DNA from: a virus
Lineage: Duplodnaviria; Caudoviricetes
Direction: 5' to 3' (one strand)
Virus record (IMG/VR): IMGVR_UViG_3300020440_000012
Span: 1-64,000 of that record
Length of the DNA stretch: 64,000 nt
Positions 10,007-19,274 of the stretch are shown piece after piece. How positions within the stretch are numbered: position 1 is the stretch's first letter; the number at the start of each line of letters is the position of its first letter. The translations under genes were made by a program, and so were the position numbers. The notes beneath the pieces are model-generated. The model was not told the origin of the DNA and did no database searches. It worked only from the letters and a program-made list of their open reading frames with translations.

Positions 10007-10516
10007 TTATTGCTCCTTGTTATTATAACTACTTATCTTATCTTTTAAAAACCCATAATAAGCTAATAGATAAGACCACATGTAACAGTTTACCACCTGT
10101 TTACTCCTTAATTTTACCATATCGTACACAAGATTATACTGGTTATTGTGCATTTTTTTAGAGAGTATCTTATCGTGAAATTCTTTTTTTGTTTTTATAT
10201 CTAATAAATGCATGATTCGATTTTGAACTTTTTCCTTTGTGACGATCTTTATTGAGACATCTCTAAAATGAGATATACCATATAACATTCCTATGAACTG
10301 ATTATATATCTTAGATTGTTTACTTTCCAGAAATTTTACATCATTTATGTGTAAATGTATTTTACTTTCATCACAATAAGAAATGATATTTTTACATATG
10401 TAGGATATAGAATCACCTGATTTAAAAAACCAAAACTTAGGACACAGATCATTGGGATTGTAAAAACAAACAAGTCCACCCATTTTTGGTTTAAAGAATA
10501 TACCGATGTAGTTCAT
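10007..10516 (-). CDS. Hypothetical protein
   Basis: ORF; start moved to MNYIGIFF just after the gp15 stop. Confidence 0.5.
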   Translation of the reverse strand: MNYIGIFFKPKMGGLVCFYNPNDLCPKFWFFKSGDSISYICKNIISYCDESKIHLHINDVKFLESKQSKIYNQFIGMLYGISHFRDVSIKIVTKEKVQNRIMHLLDIKTKKEFHDKILSKKMHNNQYNLVYDMVKLRSKQVVNCYMWSYLLAYYGFLKDKISSYNNKEQ

Positions 10517-10518
10517 AA

Positions 10519-11700
10519 TTAGTATGTATAGCCCGAAGTGGCTCCTGATACTGTGCTTCCTTGACCTGATATAGTATTCGTCACACAAACGGCACTTGTT
10601 GCACCACTTAATATGAATGTATCTGTGTTTATCCAGGTATCTCCCTGCGTTTCGGTATCTTCTCGTGTTGCATCTCCCGAACCAGTTTGGAATAATAGTA
10701 GACCACCTTTATTATCAACAAAGTACACTTCTTCTCCATTGAATATAAATTCGTCACCTAGGTTTAGATCAAGATTTAAGTCTCGCAAATAGCCTGATGT
10801 TACATAGTCCGGTGAACCACTAGTAAGTCCACTCATAGCCAGGCTGTCGTAATATTCTGGGTTTATAACTCCAGATGCTATCATATTTTCATACTTATCG
10901 AAACTGGTACCCCGTGGAACAGAGTAGAAGTGGCTTAAGCTGTATATATCTCCGTAGTATGTGCTTGTATCAACTTCATAGCCGAGATTTGTGGATAGTT
11001 CATGTGCTGTTGAATAACCGCTAGTAACTGGGTTATCATTTGAGTTACTTAATAATTCTTGAACACCTATTGAACATAAGTTTGGATGAACATTAAATTT
11101 CTTGATGAGTTTCTGTTCTGTGAGTTTGTTTTCTGTTCCTGCCCACATCCATGTTTTAAATGTAAATTCTGTTTCCGCTGTTATGAGTTCTGCCGATTCA
11201 AAATCAACCTCTGAATTATCAACCTCTGTTATTGATCCTGTCCAAATCACCTCATGTTTTATTACTTGTCCAGGAATCTTAGGATGTGGTGTATTAACAA
11301 AGAATGATTGATTACAGAAAGGAACAAAATTAGAAAGTATTCTATCCATATCCGATTGTGTCTTCGTTACAACTGTTAGCTGAAAAGTTAAATTAATAGG
11401 GTTTGGTGTGTAGTAGTTATAGTTGATTTCACTACCGGTTGTTTTTAATAGGTATCTATTCAGATCAGCGACTCTTTCAGAATCTCGTTCCAAACCTGTT
11501 CTCACGACTGCAATCAGAGGTGGTTTTATAGGTGTTCTACCAGGATTTTCAAGAGACTTAAATATTCGGCTTCTTCTACCATTTAGTAGTTTAACCTTTA
11601 TACTCTTACCGCTTGTTCTTTTTATGGTGATGTCATTGAATGCGTCCATGAACATTGCAGTTGCATGAAGGATTTCTTTATTATAGGACTCTACTTTCAT
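10519..11700 (-). CDS. 15: gp15-like tail terminator with C-terminal extension
   Basis: ILHATAMFMDAFNDI, DSERV, PNPINLTFQLTVVTKTQSDMDRILSNFVPF, FTFKTWMW. Confidence 0.8.
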   Translation of the reverse strand: MKVESYNKEILHATAMFMDAFNDITIKRTSGKSIKVKLLNGRRSRIFKSLENPGRTPIKPPLIAVVRTGLERDSERVADLNRYLLKTTGSEINYNYYTPNPINLTFQLTVVTKTQSDMDRILSNFVPFCNQSFFVNTPHPKIPGQVIKHEVIWTGSITEVDNSEVDFESAELITAETEFTFKTWMWAGTENKLTEQKLIKKFNVHPNLCSIGVQELLSNSNDNPVTSGYSTAHELSTNLGYEVDTSTYYGDIYSLSHFYSVPRGTSFDKYENMIASGVINPEYYDSLAMSGLTSGSPDYVTSGYLRDLNLDLNLGDEFIFNGEEVYFVDNKGGLLLFQTGSGDATREDTETQGDTWINTDTFILSGATSAVCVTNTISGQGSTVSGATSGYTY

Positions 11701-11725
11701 AAATGGTATTTACACTCACAAATTG

Positions 11726-11758
11726 AAAAAACCTCTCAAGCACAAGGCTTAAGAGGTT
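11726..11758 (-). terminator. Rho-independent terminator after the clamp gene
   Basis: AACCTCT-AAGC/GCTT-AGAGGTT stem followed by a U-tract on the minus strand. Confidence 0.7.
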
Positions 11759-11797
11759 GCAACTATCAAGTATTAGTTGACGGTTCGATATATTAAA

Positions 11798-12568
11798 CTA
11801 TCCCTCCAGTATACTAGATAGTACCCAGATTTTAACAAAAGACTCACCATCATCACTTGTAATTTTTTGTGTACTCACAAGTGCTTGAATTTCTGGTAAA
11901 GTCATTTCAATTTCATCGATTTGTTCAAACAGTGTAAACATATCCATTCTGTTGAAGTTAAGAACAACATCCTTTTCTAGACTACCAGACTGAATGCTAC
12001 CAAAATCTACAGTAATTGCATTTGAATATGGATTAGAACGATTGTTTAGTTCTGCCTTCATTTTAGAAGGATTGTTTTCATCTGCAAACAAATAAATTCT
12101 CGCAACATTTTGATCGGAAAAGATGAAAGAAGACCTGCGAAGTTCTTTAATGTTATCAGCAGTTGTTACAAATTTACATTTTTCTTCAATCGTGCTGTTA
12201 AACTCTTTGTCTACATAATTAAGAATGACCTCTTCTTTTACTAGGGCGAACTTTGATTTAAATGGCTTAGACTTGATGTTTACAAATCCATTATCCACTT
12301 CTAAAGTAATCTTATCGTTTTTGTCTAGTTTGGACTGTGCAATTTGAAGTACTTTAACAAAGCTTGGTAAGTCACCAATACAAAAGCTTACTTCTTCATC
12401 TGAAGAAATTGAGTTTGTTGTCATCTTAAGTCGAGCAACTGGATTTTTAGATAATACCTTTGCTTGCTCACTTCCTACAGTAATCTTAATACCTTCAACG
12501 GCCGATGACATTGCTTTCATTGATTCGACAAGCATATCAAAGTTATTAATATTCAGTTTTGTTGCCAT
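11798..12568 (-). CDS. 45: gp45-like sliding clamp
   Basis: 256 aa; FCIGDLPSFVKVL matches gp45 (F.IYDL..FL..L); replication context. Confidence 0.7.
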   Translation of the reverse strand: MATKLNINNFDMLVESMKAMSSAVEGIKITVGSEQAKVLSKNPVARLKMTTNSISSDEEVSFCIGDLPSFVKVLQIAQSKLDKNDKITLEVDNGFVNIKSKPFKSKFALVKEEVILNYVDKEFNSTIEEKCKFVTTADNIKELRRSSFIFSDQNVARIYLFADENNPSKMKAELNNRSNPYSNAITVDFGSIQSGSLEKDVVLNFNRMDMFTLFEQIDEIEMTLPEIQALVSTQKITSDDGESFVKIWVLSSILEG

Positions 12569-12649
12569 CTGTTCTCCTTGTTATTTAAAAGATAGTCTAT
12601 TATATTATGTGACTTATTTTTTTATAGTATTTTTTTAGTAAATAAGCAT

Positions 12650-13177
12650 ATGTCAGTAAACAAAGCCATAGACAATACCTTTCTCAATATTCGAGATTTA
12701 TTAACTGAGACACAGCTTAAGATAGTTGATAGACGATTAAAGAAGGGCATAAAAAAGGATTTTGCGTCTCTTGATTTATTACTTAGGAGAAATCTAGTAG
12801 AATTAGTTTTTTTAAGAAAAGGTGATTTTCGACCAGGCTTCAAACCTCATAGACATATGCTTTGTACAAGAAATTTTTATTTAGCAAAGAAGTTAGCTAA
12901 GTTAAAAGGTGTGAAGATGAATGTCAATGAACCAAGAGGAAAAGACTTCTACAAAGAGAAAAATATACTCTTGGTTTGGGACATCGTTTTTAATGATTGG
13001 AGAATGGTAAGTTTTGAAAATAGAACCAAAATGGGTATAATAGACTATGTACCTTTTAATAAAAGAGAACATTTCATACCTGTTGCTGAAGCGTATGTTA
13101 AGAATTTCAAGATGATAAAAGATTTAGGTGGTTCGAGAGCAAGAACATATTGTAATATTATCAAAAAAGGTGTTTAG
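12650..13177 (+). CDS. WYL_2/Sm-like SH3-barrel phage protein
   Basis: LRRNLVELVFLRK...RHMLCTRN...LVWDIVFNDWRMVSFE. Confidence 0.55.
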   Translation: MSVNKAIDNTFLNIRDLLTETQLKIVDRRLKKGIKKDFASLDLLLRRNLVELVFLRKGDFRPGFKPHRHMLCTRNFYLAKKLAKLKGVKMNVNEPRGKDFYKEKNILLVWDIVFNDWRMVSFENRTKMGIIDYVPFNKREHFIPVAEAYVKNFKMIKDLGGSRARTYCNIIKKGV

Positions 13178-13179
13178 TT

Positions 13180-13914
13180 ATGAAAGAAGTTATGGTGATT
13201 GGCCTAGGAGAAATAGGCACATCGGTAAAAAACATTGAAGAAAAAGCTGGTAACAAAGTCTATGTTCGAGACTTAGATCCTGATAATTGCAAATTTAATC
13301 TTACGGACAATTATGATGTTGTTCATGTTTGTATTCCTTATAAAGGATATGATTTTGTTCATACTGTTGTAGGATATTGGAGAAAATATAATTCACCAAT
13401 GTTTATTATACACTCAACTGTTCCAGTCGGTACAACAAGCTTAATAGAGGGTTATGGAGTTCCGGCTGTTCACTCTTTTGTTCGTGGTGTTCACCCAAAT
13501 TTAGAGGAAGGACTTTTAACATTCGAAAAACCTGTTGGATCTTCGAGTGAAGACTTTTCTGTAAAAGTGAGTAAACATTTAGAATCGTTGGGTATTAAAA
13601 CGAAAATACTTTCAAGTTCAGAGGCATCTGAATTGTCTAAATTACTATCAACCACCTATTATGGTTATAATATAATATTTGCGAAGATAGTAAATGAGAT
13701 GTGTGAACAAGAAGGTGTCGATTTTGACGAAGTATATACTTGGGCAAATGAAACATATAATCAAGGATATAAAGAACTTGGTAAAGAAAACGTAATTAGA
13801 CCGGTGCTTTTTCCTCCAGAAGGAGAGATTGGTGGTCATTGCGTAGTTCCTAATTTCAAACTACTTCCACCAAATGATCTATCAGAGTGGTGCATTTCAC
13901 AGAACTCTAAATAA
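13180..13914 (+). CDS. UDP-glucose/GDP-mannose dehydrogenase family, short form
   Basis: VIGLGEIG Rossmann motif, HSTVPVGTT, ELSKLLSTTY, catalytic GGHC; no C-terminal domain. Confidence 0.8.
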   Translation: MKEVMVIGLGEIGTSVKNIEEKAGNKVYVRDLDPDNCKFNLTDNYDVVHVCIPYKGYDFVHTVVGYWRKYNSPMFIIHSTVPVGTTSLIEGYGVPAVHSFVRGVHPNLEEGLLTFEKPVGSSSEDFSVKVSKHLESLGIKTKILSSSEASELSKLLSTTYYGYNIIFAKIVNEMCEQEGVDFDEVYTWANETYNQGYKELGKENVIRPVLFPPEGEIGGHCVVPNFKLLPPNDLSEWCISQNSK

Positions 13915-13929
13915 ATTGTATAATAAAAT

Positions 13930-14889
13930 ATGGTAGATGTAGAACAATCATTCTGGATTCAACAGAAAATAAAGCAAAATGTATCTAAGTGTTCTGACCA
14001 AGGTAGTCAGTTGAATATGAGATGTTTTATCTGTGGTGATTCTCGTAAGAATCAATCAAAGAGACGAGGTTACTATTATAAGAGTACCTGTTCTTATTAT
14101 TGTTTCAACTGCGGTACTCATCTACATGGTGTCAAGATTGTATCAACTCTTGAGAATAGACCTTTTAAAGAAGTGAAGTCTGAATATCTGATGGAAAGAT
14201 ATGGTAAAAGCTTCAAGGTTAAGAAAGAAGAGTATAAGAAACCAAAGTTTGAACTTAAACTGGATCAATTTACTAACAAGTTACCGGAGTATGCCTTTCG
14301 TTATCTGGAGGATAGAAAGATATTTGATGCACCTTTTCTATCAGAAGATGCGGAGTTTCTGTTTGATGAAGAGACAGAGCGTTTGATTATACCTTGGTAT
14401 CTAGATGATAAGGTTGTTTACTATCAGAAAAGACTTGTTAAAGATTCATCACAACCAAAATATTTATTTCCTTTTGGTGTAGATAAGTCTGTCTATAATA
14501 TTGATAGAATTGATCCTGCATTTCCCTATATATTTGTATTAGAAGGTGCATTAGATTCTATCTATGTATACAACGGTGTTGCCATAGGTGGTAAAAGTAT
14601 TACGAATCATCAGAGAGATTTAATTAAGAGTAAGTTTCCAAAGCATAAGATTGTCTACTTCTTAGATAATCATCATAATGAGTCATCAATGGTTTCTCAT
14701 CTACTAAGACTTGCTGAGAAAGAACCATCTTCTCACTTTCTTCTCTTTCCAAAAGCTATGAAGAATGTGAAAGATGTCAACCAATGGATAGTTGCAGGTG
14801 GTGTAAATATATGGGAAAGCAAAAAGTGGTTAGAAAAGAATATATTATCATCATTAAAACTAAAGTTCACACTCTCGACAAGTAAATAG
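13930..14889 (+). CDS. 61: gp61-like DNA primase
   Basis: RCFICGDS...KRRGY...YCFNCG zinc finger, TOPRIM VLEGALDS, DVNQW. Confidence 0.9.
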   Translation: MVDVEQSFWIQQKIKQNVSKCSDQGSQLNMRCFICGDSRKNQSKRRGYYYKSTCSYYCFNCGTHLHGVKIVSTLENRPFKEVKSEYLMERYGKSFKVKKEEYKKPKFELKLDQFTNKLPEYAFRYLEDRKIFDAPFLSEDAEFLFDEETERLIIPWYLDDKVVYYQKRLVKDSSQPKYLFPFGVDKSVYNIDRIDPAFPYIFVLEGALDSIYVYNGVAIGGKSITNHQRDLIKSKFPKHKIVYFLDNHHNESSMVSHLLRLAEKEPSSHFLLFPKAMKNVKDVNQWIVAGGVNIWESKKWLEKNILSSLKLKFTLSTSK

Positions 14890-14903
14890 CATTAGGTAAA
14901 ATT

Positions 14904-15299
14904 ATGGCTGAATTGAAAGATTTGCAAAACACAACAAACTTAGCAGGAGATGTCCGAGATATTTTAGGACTTAAACTCTGGCAGAATGTAAAATCGAGTG
15001 GAGATGTATCGGAAAAAATATCCGTACTTACAGATTTTATTGTTGATTCGTATGGTATTTTCTTCAACCAAGAGGATAAGATAGATGATGAAGCTTTTAG
15101 TTTGGAGTTGTTAACATCACTAACAGATAGCGATTTTGAAACAACTGATGAGATCATCAATTCAATCATTAACATAAATCAGGTTGTTGAAGAAGAGGAC
15201 TTTATTGATGATGATATAAAAGTCAATATCAAAACTATTCTGGTTTATATGTTGGAGTTGCTTCAAGATGAACCACAAGAAATTAACCAGATCGGGTAA
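14904..15299 (+). CDS. Acidic hypothetical protein
   Basis: ORF preceded by GTAAATA (14882-14888). Confidence 0.5.
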   Translation: MAELKDLQNTTNLAGDVRDILGLKLWQNVKSSGDVSEKISVLTDFIVDSYGIFFNQEDKIDDEAFSLELLTSLTDSDFETTDEIINSIININQVVEEEDFIDDDIKVNIKTILVYMLELLQDEPQEINQIG

Positions 15300-15735
15300 G
15301 TATAGTTCACTACAAGGTACATTTAGACCTCTTAATGAGAGTAAGTATGTAGGTGATTCTAACCCCAAGTTTAAGTCTAAACTAGAGCTAAAGATGATGA
15401 CATTCTGTGACAAAAGTCCTTTAGTTACAAAGTGGTCTTATGAGAGAATTGTTATACCTTATACCGATAAGACTAGAAATAATAGTCGTCACAATTATTA
15501 TACTGACTGTAAAATAACAATGAAAACTAAAACGGGTTTCAAAACATTTCTTATTGAAGTTAAATCTAAGAAAGAGACTATTGCACCGGTAAAATCCAAT
15601 AGAAAGAAGCCTGAAACTTATAGAAAAGAAGTTGAAACTTGGGTTAGAAATAATTGTAAGTGGGAGGCCGCTAGAAAGGTTGCTAAATCTCGTGGTTGGG
15701 AATTTAAGATACTTACTGAAGATCAATTAGGATAA
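15268..15735 (+). CDS. 4: gp4-like head completion nuclease (TnsA-like)
   Basis: KYVGD...FKSKLE...WSYERIVIPY...YYTD...LIEVK...KWEAA...GWEFKILTE. Confidence 0.88.
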   Translation: MNHKKLTRSGKYSSLQGTFRPLNESKYVGDSNPKFKSKLELKMMTFCDKSPLVTKWSYERIVIPYTDKTRNNSRHNYYTDCKITMKTKTGFKTFLIEVKSKKETIAPVKSNRKKPETYRKEVETWVRNNCKWEAARKVAKSRGWEFKILTEDQLG

Positions 15736-15869
15736 AATAGGCACTTTCAAGTCATACCTAGGACCACTTTCAGTAAAACTTTTTCTAGACCGGTTCGTCC
15801 CTTTTTTGGTAACGCTAGATACTTGTTTTACTTATTTCTCCTTTGTTTCGGTGATACATGTATGAAAAT

Positions 15870-15942
15870 TGGAGCGAGTGAAAGACTTTAACTTTACCTT
15901 CAATCTGGATTGATTGATGTGCTGACGTTACACCACACTCGC
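15870..15942 (-). tRNA. Atypical tRNA-Gly(TCC)-like gene or pseudo-tRNA
   Basis: Acceptor GCGAGTG/CACTCGC, T73, CCA; D stem GTGT/GCAC; anticodon stem TCAAT/ATTGA with 8-nt loop CAATCCAG; 4-bp T stem with loop TTAAAGT. Confidence 0.7.
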
Positions 15943-15996
15943 ATAAGTTATAGTTTATTATACAACTTCAAGGATAATTTAAAGTTATTTTTTTAT

Positions 15997-16029
15997 AAAA
16001 AAAAGAAGATTCTTTTGAGGAGAATCTTC
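15997..16029 (-). terminator. Rho-independent terminator after tRNA-Arg/Ile
   Basis: GAAGATTCT/AGAATCTTC 9-bp stem followed by T8 on the minus strand. Confidence 0.8.
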
Positions 16030-16055
16030 GTAACAACCTTAGTGGCCTCCTAAAT

Positions 16056-16131
16056 TGGTGGACTCTGAGGGACTTGAACCCCCGGCCAAGTCGTTATGAG
16101 CGACCTGCTCTGACCACTGAGCTAAGAGTCC
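16056..16131 (-). tRNA. tRNA with CAT anticodon, most like tRNA-Ile2 (lysidine type)
   Basis: Canonical 76-nt cloverleaf with CCA; closely resembles bacterial ileX-type sequences; elongator Met not excluded. Confidence 0.88.
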
Positions 16132-16140
16132 TTTTTAAAA

Positions 16141-16217
16141 TGGCGCACCTGGCAGGATTCGAACCTGCGACCGATGGAGTAGAAATCCATTGCTCTGTCC
16201 AACTGAGCTACAGGTGC
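16141..16217 (-). tRNA. tRNA-Arg(TCT)
   Basis: Canonical cloverleaf, anticodon loop TTTCTAC, T loop TTCGAAT, CCA. Confidence 0.95.
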
Positions 16218-16444
16218 TAATAAATTGGTGGTCCAAATTCATGTTCGCCAAGAACTTTTCCTTCTCTTTTTAGAATTTGTTTTTGTATTCGAAATGCTTT
16301 TTCTTCAGCTTGAATGGCTTTTGTGTTATAGTTGGACCATCTATCACCACCTACATTCTTACAGTCATCTCTGTTGCGAGTGTATTTTAAAGCCTTCGCT
16401 CTTTCTTTCGTGAAGTCTTCTTGTAGTTGTTTTTTTGATGCCAC
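16217..16444 (-). CDS. Hypothetical basic protein
   Basis: 75-aa ORF with GGAG SD. Confidence 0.6.
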   Translation of the reverse strand: MASKKQLQEDFTKERAKALKYTRNRDDCKNVGGDRWSNYNTKAIQAEEKAFRIQKQILKREGKVLGEHEFGPPIY

Positions 16445-16458
16445 GCCTCTCCTTATCG

Positions 16459-16788
16459 TTATTTAAATTCTACAACTGTATTGATTCTTTCAAATATACC
16501 TTTGATATTTTTATCATTATAACCATCATCTTTTAAAAGTTCTTTAACTCTTTCAACAGGAACATATCCATGAACTATACATTTTCCTTCAGGGTTATCT
16601 GCTCTATCTTTTAGTTCTTGGATCAAAATCATATCACCAGTGTCTTCGTCAAAGAAGGCTACCTCTACATGAGAGTAGGGTCCATAATTACTTTTTGGAA
16701 TACAATATGCGTGTTTATCCGCTTGAATTGAAAGTTCACCACCTCTAAATGGTATTGGGTAATTTGATTTCTTTATTCTATTTTTCAT
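16459..16788 (-). CDS. Conserved phage hypothetical protein
   Basis: LSIQADKHAYCIP...GPYSHVEVAF...HGYVPVE motif; downstream of a sigma70-type promoter. Confidence 0.6.
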   Translation of the reverse strand: MKNRIKKSNYPIPFRGGELSIQADKHAYCIPKSNYGPYSHVEVAFFDEDTGDMILIQELKDRADNPEGKCIVHGYVPVERVKELLKDDGYNDKNIKGIFERINTVVEFK

Positions 16789-16838
16789 TTTACTTTTTCA
16801 ACTTAATCATAATTTAATCTCTCATTGTCTATACATAG

Positions 16839-16866
16839 ATTATCACAGTTCTACCAGTAATGTCAA
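16839..16866 (-). promoter_or_regulatory. Host sigma70-type (early) promoter
   Basis: TTGACA-N16-GATAAT on the minus strand. Confidence 0.65.
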
Positions 16867-16957
16867 CAGTATATGTCGATTTTAGACATAAAAATGTACA
16901 TATTATTTGTATATGTCTATTCTGTGTACATTTAAACTGTGGCCGATTGTCACAACT

Positions 16958-17044
16958 TCAATCTGGGTCTTCCGTTGTTGAAAGCCATAAAAGAGAAATA
17001 AGTATTACTATAGCTAGTATTCCAAACCGTATTAAATCAGTCAT
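16958..17044 (-). CDS. 28-aa single-TM peptide, not in ORF track
   Basis: MTDLIRFGILAIVILISLLWLSTTEDPD; start overlaps the upstream stop. Confidence 0.5.
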   Translation of the reverse strand: MTDLIRFGILAIVILISLLWLSTTEDPD

Positions 17045-17279
17045 CTTCGTATTCCGAATACCAATTATCTATAATCGCTGTGAAACCAGAGTACATAACA
17101 CTGTACTCATTCATTGATTCACGAAACTCTTCTACTTCTTGGATTTGCTCTTTGGTTAGATCAAACTCATCCTCTACGCCATAGTGTTCTGAAATTTGAG
17201 AACGAACATCATTGGCAATTTCTTGCTCATAGTTGTCTTCCCACTTATACATTCTTTCCCATTCGAATTTATTTCTCAT
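17037..17279 (-). CDS. Acidic hypothetical protein
   Basis: 80-aa ORF coupled to its neighbours. Confidence 0.6.
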   Translation of the reverse strand: MRNKFEWERMYKWEDNYEQEIANDVRSQISEHYGVEDEFDLTKEQIQEVEEFRESMNEYSVMYSGFTAIIDNWYSEYEDD

Positions 17280-17503
17280 AGTTCATACCACTCCCTTTTA
17301 TTAAACAACCCTGCACCAGTTCTTTTGCTATTAGGATATTCAAAACGATCCCAAACTCTTTCAAAAAAATAATGTACGAATGTCATCATTACCGATAGGA
17401 ATATTCCAAACATCGTTACATGCCAGTCACCAAACCATATTCTACCAGCTAATGTACATAACACTATGGATAGAACTCTCCAAACAATTACTTTTTTAGC
17501 CAT
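17276..17503 (-). CDS. DUF2061-like small membrane protein
   Basis: KKVIVWRVLS...VHYFFERVW pattern. Confidence 0.6.
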   Translation of the reverse strand: MAKKVIVWRVLSIVLCTLAGRIWFGDWHVTMFGIFLSVMMTFVHYFFERVWDRFEYPNSKRTGAGLFNKREWYEL

Positions 17504-17579
17504 AATTAAAACCAATAACAAAAAATAAGTTTCATATTAACGTACCTGTTGTATTTCTACTAGTCTATTATACAAAAGT

Positions 17580-17843
17580 TTAAAGATTTTTAAGGTAATG
17601 AGACATTAGATTTTCAGATATTTGTTTTTCAGGCTCTTTGGATTGACCACCTATTATCGGTGTGTAGTCTTTAATATTAAGTTGATTCATATAAGCTTCT
17701 CTGAATTGAACATTTTCACTGAATTTTTGTTCATCTTTAGGTATAGACTTTCTTAACTGAGAAGTGTCTCTTGCAGATGCTCTACCGGATTCTTCCATCT
17801 TTTTATAGGCATTTGTTATTTGATTTGTCAGTTCGTTGTTCAT
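17580..17843 (-). CDS. Hypothetical late protein
   Basis: Start MNNELTNQITNAYKKMEE 5 nt after TATAAATA. Confidence 0.55.
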   Translation of the reverse strand: MNNELTNQITNAYKKMEESGRASARDTSQLRKSIPKDEQKFSENVQFREAYMNQLNIKDYTPIIGGQSKEPEKQISENLMSHYLKNL

Positions 17844-17851
17844 ATTGGTAT

Positions 17852-18751
17852 TTATATACCAAATATATCCTTTGTTAGTGTGGTAACACCTCTTTTTTGA
17901 ACAAGTTGTGACGCACAGTAACATGCTTTTTCACAAGCTTCAAATATATTTTCACCTTTATCTATGTAGTGTGCTATTACAGCCATTACACTATCACCAG
18001 CACCTGTTACATCAAATACATCACCATTTGTGAGACATGCAAAATGTTTGTGTATAAAATCGTCTCTTCTAAATACATGCAGACCTCTGGGACCATCTGT
18101 AACAACCAACCATTTCCACTCATACTGATCTAGTTTTTGAAAAGACTTTTCTACTGAGAAATCACCGAACCATTCTTTATATTCTTTCATATTGGGTTTT
18201 ACAAGAAAGACGCCTTTATAATAGTGAGGTTCATTCTTTGGGTCTACAAGAACTTTACAATGATCTTTTAAGTTATCCACTGCATGTATAATTTCTTTTT
18301 CTTGAATAACACCTTTGTTGTAATCACTAATACATACAACATCATCCTTTTCGGTATCTTCAATAAGATGTTTCCAAAGTTTTTCTGACTTCTCTGTAGC
18401 TTTACTATCTATGTCTAATCTAACAATGTGTTTACCACTATTGTCGGTTATTCTCGTTTTTGTTGTTGTTAGAGTATCGTCAACAGGTATAACATTCTTA
18501 GTATTGATATTAACATACTCACTCAGTAGACCGTTGACCGATTCAGCATTTTCATCAAAGCCTATAATCGAATATAGATTTACTTTATCTTCTATGTTGG
18601 ATAAGTTTACCGCAAGATTACCACAACCACCTATATTTCTAACTATATTACTTCTGTTCACAACAGGAACAGGTGCTTCTGGACTAATTCTGTTTACGTC
18701 ACCAGAAATCCATTCATCTAGCATTAAATCACCTATGACATGAATGGCCAT
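17852..18751 (-). CDS. HldE/RfaE-type heptose-7-phosphate kinase (PfkB family)
   Basis: VIGDLMLDEWISGDVNRISPEAPVPVV, SDYNKG, VDPK, DVTGAGD. Confidence 0.9.
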   Translation of the reverse strand: MAIHVIGDLMLDEWISGDVNRISPEAPVPVVNRSNIVRNIGGCGNLAVNLSNIEDKVNLYSIIGFDENAESVNGLLSEYVNINTKNVIPVDDTLTTTKTRITDNSGKHIVRLDIDSKATEKSEKLWKHLIEDTEKDDVVCISDYNKGVIQEKEIIHAVDNLKDHCKVLVDPKNEPHYYKGVFLVKPNMKEYKEWFGDFSVEKSFQKLDQYEWKWLVVTDGPRGLHVFRRDDFIHKHFACLTNGDVFDVTGAGDSVMAVIAHYIDKGENIFEACEKACYCASQLVQKRGVTTLTKDIFGI

Positions 18752-19273
18752 TTAGTCTCCTAGTTTTTCCCAGTCCTGTATTTGAATGTTTTTAGAATCT
18801 GTAATCTTAATCTTACAGCCTAGTTTTTCTTCGAGTTCTTTTAAAGTTGTTTTTTTCCAACACCTTTTATGTAGTTCTCCATTTTTCAACATGAACTCTT
18901 GATTTCCGTCTTTCCATATTTTTTCAATGGCTTGCAGACGATGAGGCTCTGAAGTATTAACGGGTTGAGGTGCGGGTTGACTATACTCTTGTTTAACTTG
19001 TTCCTCTGATGGTCTGATCTCTTCCGGTAGGTCATCAATAGACATCATATTAACAGTACTACCATCTTGATTAACTATGTTGATAGGTTGTGTTAAAGCT
19101 GGTCCTTTTTGAGGTTGATTATCTAGTCTTTTTTCTTCAAGTATTTGAAATTCGGTAATACCCATTGAAGAGTATAATTGTGAAACTTGCTGTGGACTTT
19201 CAGCATTAATTTCTTCAATTTCACCGTCTACTCTAACTATGTACTTTCTTAAACTGTTAGCATAAATAGGCAT
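18752..19273 (-). CDS. Hypothetical protein
   Basis: 173-aa ORF within an operon. Confidence 0.55.
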   Translation of the reverse strand: MPIYANSLRKYIVRVDGEIEEINAESPQQVSQLYSSMGITEFQILEEKRLDNQPQKGPALTQPINIVNQDGSTVNMMSIDDLPEEIRPSEEQVKQEYSQPAPQPVNTSEPHRLQAIEKIWKDGNQEFMLKNGELHKRCWKKTTLKELEEKLGCKIKITDSKNIQIQDWEKLGD

Positions 19274-19274
19274 A

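Noticed and set aside
15736-15869. AAGGAG SD followed by a ~35-codon open frame downstream of the tRNA-Gly-like gene; considered a tmRNA-like tag
   Set aside because: No start codon, no pseudoknots or second tRNA-like half; possibly a gene remnant
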